A stretch of 64,000 nucleotides of DNA from an uncultured delta proteobacterium. GTDB lineage: Bacteria; Desulfobacterota; Binatia; UBA9968. Both the position numbers and the translations under genes were made by a program. Numbering within the stretch: position 1 is the stretch's first letter; each line of letters begins with the position of its first letter. The DNA lies in assembly GCA_963840855.1 (NCBI GenBank), contig CAWJBB010000027.1:32001-96000 (forward strand). The letters run 5' to 3'. The notes beneath the pieces were generated by a model. It did no database searches. It had not been told where the DNA came from and was given only the letters and a program-made list of their open reading frames with translations. Positions 59,815-64,000 of this stretch are shown piece by piece.

Positions 59815-61034
59815 GAGTTCCCCCGCTTCCCAATAAACGCGTCGTGCAGCGCGCGCACCGCCAGTTCCGTGTACTTCGCCTCGACGACCACGGAAATCTT
59901 TATTTCCGAGGTCGAGATCATTTCAATATTGATGCCTTCGGCGGCCAGAACTTCGAACATCTTGGCCGCAACCCCGGCATGAGTGCGCATGCCGACGCCC
60001 ACGACGGACACCTTTGCGATATCCGTGTCCACCATTACGCCTTGGGCGTGCAGGAGCGGAACCATCTTTTCCACGATGGCCAGCGCTTTCTTGTGATCGG
60101 CTTTCGACACGGTGAAAGTCAAGTCGGTGGTGCTGTCTTCGCCGGCGTTCTGAATGATCATGTCCACGACGATATTGGCTGCGGCGATGGGACCGAAAAT
60201 TTGCGCCGCCAAACCCGGTCTGTCGGGGACGCGCTGTAGCGTAATCTTCGCTTCATTCTTGTCGTAGCTCACGCCGGAAACCAGCACCTCGTCCATGCTC
60301 TCGTCCTCCTTCACCAGCCAGGTCCCTTCGACATCGCTAAAGGTCGAGCGCACATGCACCGGGACCGAAAATTTCTTGGCGAACTCAACGGACCGGATTT
60401 CCAATACCCTCGCCCCGGCGCTGGCCAGCTCGATCATTTCGTCGTAGGAAATGCGCCGGAGTTTTTTTGCATCGGGGCAGATATCGGGATCGGTGGTAAA
60501 GACGCCCTCCACGTCGGTGTAAATCTCGCATGCCTCGGCGTTCAAAAACGCCGCCAGCGCCACCGCGCTGGTATCCGATCCGCCGCGCCCGAGCGTGGTG
60601 ATATTATCGTCTTCATCGACTCCCTGGAAGCCGGCGACGACGACCACTTCTCCCGCCTTTAATGCGGCGTGAATTTTGGTCGAGTCGATGGTCTTGATGC
60701 GCGCCCGGCCGTAGGCTTTGTCGGTGCCGATACGGACTTGATGGCCCAGATACGAGCGCGCCGGTTGGCCCAACTCTTTCAGTGCCAAGCTGAGCAACGC
60801 CACCGACACCTGTTCCCCGGACGCGAGCAACACGTCTTTTTCGCGCTCGTCGGGTATCTCGGCAATCTGCAGCGCCAAGCCCACCAAGCGATTGGTTTCT
60901 CCCGCCATAGCGGAAACGACGACGACGAGGTCGTTTCCCGCCCGCTTGGCGGCGCGGATCTTTTCCGCCACATGTTTGATGCGATCTATCGAGCCGACGG
61001 AAGTCCCGCCATATTTTTGTACCAGCAACGCCAA
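59811..61034 (-). CDS. lysC: Aspartate kinase
   Basis: [26 protein letters not shown], two ACT domains, STSEIKIS. Confidence 0.95.
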   Translation of the reverse strand: MALLVQKYGGTSVGSIDRIKHVAEKIRAAKRAGNDLVVVVSAMAGETNRLVGLALQIAEIPDEREKDVLLASGEQVSVALLSLALKELGQPARSYLGHQVRIGTDKAYGRARIKTIDSTKIHAALKAGEVVVVAGFQGVDEDDNITTLGRGGSDTSAVALAAFLNAEACEIYTDVEGVFTTDPDICPDAKKLRRISYDEMIELASAGARVLEIRSVEFAKKFSVPVHVRSTFSDVEGTWLVKEDESMDEVLVSGVSYDKNEAKITLQRVPDRPGLAAQIFGPIAAANIVVDMIIQNAGEDSTTDLTFTVSKADHKKALAIVEKMVPLLHAQGVMVDTDIAKVSVVGVGMRTHAGVAAKMFEVLAAEGINIEMISTSEIKISVVVEAKYTELAVRALHDAFIGKRGNS

Positions 61035-61056
61035 TTATCTAGCCCCTGCAACCTAT

Positions 61057-61551
61057 CTATGACAACCCTTGAACTTTGAACCGATTATTGCGCAATGCTT
61101 CTACAACCCTTTCATATCGGGCACCGTGCGCGCTAAACGTTAACCTGCGACGGGCCGCGCCGGCGTGGGTCAAATTCACTTCGAGAAACTCCTCGGTCTC
61201 ATCCGCCGGCAGGTATTCAAACCATTCCACCAAACAGACACCATCGCCGTAGAGATACTCGCGCAGATTGAGCCCTTCCTGGTCCGTGCGGCCGCTTACG
61301 CGGTAGAGGTCTATGTGGTAGACCGGCAAGCGGCCGTGATACTCATTGATCAGCGTAAACGTTGGGCTGCGAATCCAGGCTTTTTCACCTACCCCCAACC
61401 CCTCCGCCACACCGCGCACGAGACAAGTTTTGCCCGCGCCCAGCTCGCCCCTAAGGCCAATGATGTCACCGCCTTCGAGCAACTGTGCTAATTTCTTGCC
61501 GCAACTTTTGGTCTGGCGCTGAGAATGACTTATAACGCTCCAGGCACCCAT
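61057..61551 (-). CDS. tsaE: t6A biosynthesis ATPase
   Basis: GELGAGKT, SPTFTLINEY, HIDLYR, VEW. Confidence 0.93.
   Translation of the reverse strand: MGAWSVISHSQRQTKSCGKKLAQLLEGGDIIGLRGELGAGKTCLVRGVAEGLGVGEKAWIRSPTFTLINEYHGRLPVYHIDLYRVSGRTDQEGLNLREYLYGDGVCLVEWFEYLPADETEEFLEVNLTHAGAARRRLTFSAHGARYERVVEALRNNRFKVQGLS
61067..61082. repeat. Two GTTCAA-family heptamers inside the tsaE 3' end
   Basis: ccttgaac tttgaacc encodes part of RFKVQG on the minus strand. Confidence 0.6.
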
Positions 61552-61605
61552 CTAAAGAGCGATCTCCATAAGCACAACTAATATATTTTGCGGGAGATTT
61601 CGAGA

Positions 61606-63162
61606 CTATGCGGCGGGCGCCGAGAGGGCACGCATGCCGGCGGGCAGGTCGTCGATAATATCCGAAGCAACGAGACCGATCTCGCCTTTTTTCTCCGCAA
61701 CGCGGTCACCGACGAAACCGTGGAGAAAAACCCCGAGCTTCATGGCGTCTTCCGGGTTAAGTCCCTGGCCCGAGAACGCCGCGAGCATTCCGGCGAGAAC
61801 ATCGCCCATGCCGCCGCTTGCCATACCTGGGTTGCCGGTGGGATTGATAAAAATCTTTCCGTGGGGAGTGGCGATGATGCTCCTCGCCCCTTTGAGAACC
61901 ACATAGCAGCGATGCTTGACCGCAAACTCGCGCGCGACGCCGACACGATCTTGACTAATCGCGGCGGTTGTTTTGCCGATCAGGCGCGCCATTTCGCCGG
62001 GATGAGGGGTGAGAAGCGGCGGAGTTTTGGCGCTTCTCAGACGGTCTAAGTCAAGCGCGAGATTATTGAGCCCGTCGGCATCGATGACCCACGGGATGTC
62101 TAGATTTCTCAGCAGCCATCGAAGCGTATTTCGCGTTGCGTCGTTAACGCCTATGCCCGGACCGAACAGCAGCGCATTTTTCCGCTCCAGCAGGCGCAGC
62201 CAATGCTCCGGCGCCAGCTCTTCCATTTCCTCGTCGCTAGTTTCCGGCAATGGCTCAGTCATCACTTCCACCAATGAACTGGCGAAAATATTGTTCAACG
62301 ACCGCGGCGCGGCTAGCGTTACGAGCCCCGCTCCGGCGCGCGTCGCGGCGCGGCACGCGAGAACCGCCGCGCCGGTCTTGCCTCTGGCACCGGCGATTAC
62401 GAGCAAATGGCCGTAGGTTCCCTTGTGCGTGTCCGCCCGCCGGCGCGGCACGAGCCACCTGATCTCTTCGCGGGTGAGCACTTCAGTCGCTGGCGCCACC
62501 GCTTCCGCCGCCAATGGATCGATACCGATATCGGCCACGACCAGATCGCCGGCGAAGTCGATACCCGGATGAATCACCTGCCCGAGCTTGGCATAACCCA
62601 GCGACACCGTCATTTCCGCTTGGATTGACACACCCAGTGGCGTCCCCCGGTTGGTGTCAAGACCGGAGGGAATATCGACGGCGATTATGGGAACGCCGCT
62701 GGCGTTCATCAGTGTAATCGCCTCGGCATAGAGCCCGCCGACCTCGCTTTTGATTCCAGTCCCCAGAATCGCATCGACTAACAAACCCTTGCCGGCGACC
62801 TTCCGCTCCAGGGTTTCGAGACCGCCCGCGGTAATCTCCGTGACTTTGCCCCTGAGCTTTTCAAAGGCGCGGCAGTTATGCGCGGCATCCGGTGAGAGTT
62901 CGGCGCGCTTGGCAAGGAGCGCCACTTCGCATGGGATTCGTTTCTTCTTGAGCAGACGAGCGACGACAAGCCCGTCGCCGCCGTTGTTGCCTTTTCCGGC
63001 AACGATGAGGACGCCTTTTTTCGCGGCGGCGGCAAAGCTCTTGAGAATGGCCGCTGTAATGCCTTCACCCGCGCGCTCCATCAGTGTCAGGCTAGGAACG
63101 CCGTGCTTTTGGATCGTCAATCGATCCATCTCGCGCATCTGTTCGGCGGTGACAACTAGCAT
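61606..63162 (-). CDS. nnr: Bifunctional NAD(P)H-hydrate epimerase/dehydratase
   Basis: GKGNNGGDG, DAILGTG, VDIPSG, HKGTYG, DADGLN, TPHPGEMARL, GGMGDVLAG. Confidence 0.95.
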   Translation of the reverse strand: MLVVTAEQMREMDRLTIQKHGVPSLTLMERAGEGITAAILKSFAAAAKKGVLIVAGKGNNGGDGLVVARLLKKKRIPCEVALLAKRAELSPDAAHNCRAFEKLRGKVTEITAGGLETLERKVAGKGLLVDAILGTGIKSEVGGLYAEAITLMNASGVPIIAVDIPSGLDTNRGTPLGVSIQAEMTVSLGYAKLGQVIHPGIDFAGDLVVADIGIDPLAAEAVAPATEVLTREEIRWLVPRRRADTHKGTYGHLLVIAGARGKTGAAVLACRAATRAGAGLVTLAAPRSLNNIFASSLVEVMTEPLPETSDEEMEELAPEHWLRLLERKNALLFGPGIGVNDATRNTLRWLLRNLDIPWVIDADGLNNLALDLDRLRSAKTPPLLTPHPGEMARLIGKTTAAISQDRVGVAREFAVKHRCYVVLKGARSIIATPHGKIFINPTGNPGMASGGMGDVLAGMLAAFSGQGLNPEDAMKLGVFLHGFVGDRVAEKKGEIGLVASDIIDDLPAGMRALSAPAA

Positions 63163-63163
63163 G

Positions 63164-63242
63164 GTTCAAAGTTCAAAGTTCAAGGTTCAAAGTCAAGCCG
63201 TGCAACGAGAGATTCGTTGAACTTGAACGTTAAACCTTGAAC
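63164..63242. repeat. Heptamer inverted-repeat hairpin, GTTCAAA / TTGAAC family
   Basis: gttcaaa gttcaaa gttcaag gttcaaa ... gttgaac ttgaac gttaaac cttgaac. Confidence 0.92.
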
Positions 63243-63261
63243 GGGCTGCTGCCGGGCACGA

Positions 63262-63987
63262 TCACGAGGCACGAACACGATCGAGAAGCTCCTTCATCTC
63301 GCGCACGGCTTGCGCGATGCCGACGATGACGGCGCGGGCGATGATGCTGTGGCCGATGTTGAGCTCGACGATTTCCGGGATATGGGCGATGGGCGAGACA
63401 TTTTGGTAATTGAGCCCGTGGCCGCCGTGGACCTCCAGACCGAGGCTCCGCGCCAGGCGCGCGGCGGCGATAACCGCTTGTAATTCCTTTTCCCGGGCGG
63501 CGCCCGCCGCGTTGCAGTAGGTGCCAGTGTGAATCTCGATGCCGTGGGCGCCGACTTCCCTAGCGGTTTCGATCTGCGCCTTTTCCGGATCGATGAACAG
63601 GCTCACGTGTATACCATTTCCTTGTAATCGTTTCACCGCCTCCGCGACTTTCGCTTTGTGCGCGACCACGTCGAGTCCGCCCTCAGTGGTCAACTCCTCG
63701 CGCTTCTCGGGCACGAAGCAGGCGTCATCGGGCCGGGCATTTTCCGCATAGGCCACCATCGCCGGGGTCACAGCCATTTCGAGATTGAGCTTGGTTTTTA
63801 CCCGGGCGCGCAGAAGCTCGACATCGCGTTCTTGAATATGGCGCCGGTCCTCGCGCAAATGGACGGTGATGCCTTCCGCGCCGGCCCCTTCGGCCAAAAG
63901 CGCGGCTTCCACGGGGTCGGGAACGTCAACGCGGCGCGCCTGGCGCAAAGTGGCGACGTGATCGACGTTGACGCCGAGACGGATCAT
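63262..63987 (-). CDS. pdxJ: Pyridoxine 5'-phosphate synthase
   Basis: [47 protein letters not shown]. Confidence 0.97.
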   Translation of the reverse strand: MIRLGVNVDHVATLRQARRVDVPDPVEAALLAEGAGAEGITVHLREDRRHIQERDVELLRARVKTKLNLEMAVTPAMVAYAENARPDDACFVPEKREELTTEGGLDVVAHKAKVAEAVKRLQGNGIHVSLFIDPEKAQIETAREVGAHGIEIHTGTYCNAAGAAREKELQAVIAAARLARSLGLEVHGGHGLNYQNVSPIAHIPEIVELNIGHSIIARAVIVGIAQAVREMKELLDRVRAS

Positions 63988-64000
63988 TTGCGTGCTCCGA

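Noticed and set aside
58318-59982. Plus-strand ORFs (169 aa, 370 aa) opposite cimA/lysC
   Set aside because: Antisense shadows with no recognisable motifs.

Overview
GC-rich bacterial chromosomal window. Gene content and order suggest a deltaproteobacterial-grade lineage such as Candidatus Binatia/Binatota (inference, not verified). The left ~36 kb is an accessory catabolic region: hydantoinase/oxoprolinase A+B, LLM-class oxidoreductases, a Rieske oxygenase, an amidohydrolase, SDRs, an M20 peptidase, several orphan solute-binding proteins, a three-gene two-component cluster, and an ABC transporter with MmgE/PrpD genes. The right ~28 kb is mostly core: a SAM-I riboswitch-controlled moeB/sulfur-carrier/cysM unit, ECF sigma and anti-sigma, tatA, tonB, folD-gcvTHP, and pdxJ-nnr-tsaE-lysC-cimA-cysE-mnmA-mtaB-rnc, with an aromatic ring-cleavage islet and an atypical SdhA/B-like pair. 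Notable signals: (1) 15 intergenic hairpin elements built from tandem 7-mer or 9-mer units followed by their reverse complements, in about six sequence families, mostly between co-directional genes and often placing a stop and an SD-less start at the stem base; (2) a selenocysteine (UxxC) peroxiredoxin-like gene split by the ORF caller; (3) collapsed genes retaining only their termini (xth, prpD-like, hydantoinase); (4) several 1-4 bp frameshifts that look like sequencing errors. No rRNA, tRNA, CRISPR array or transposase was seen.
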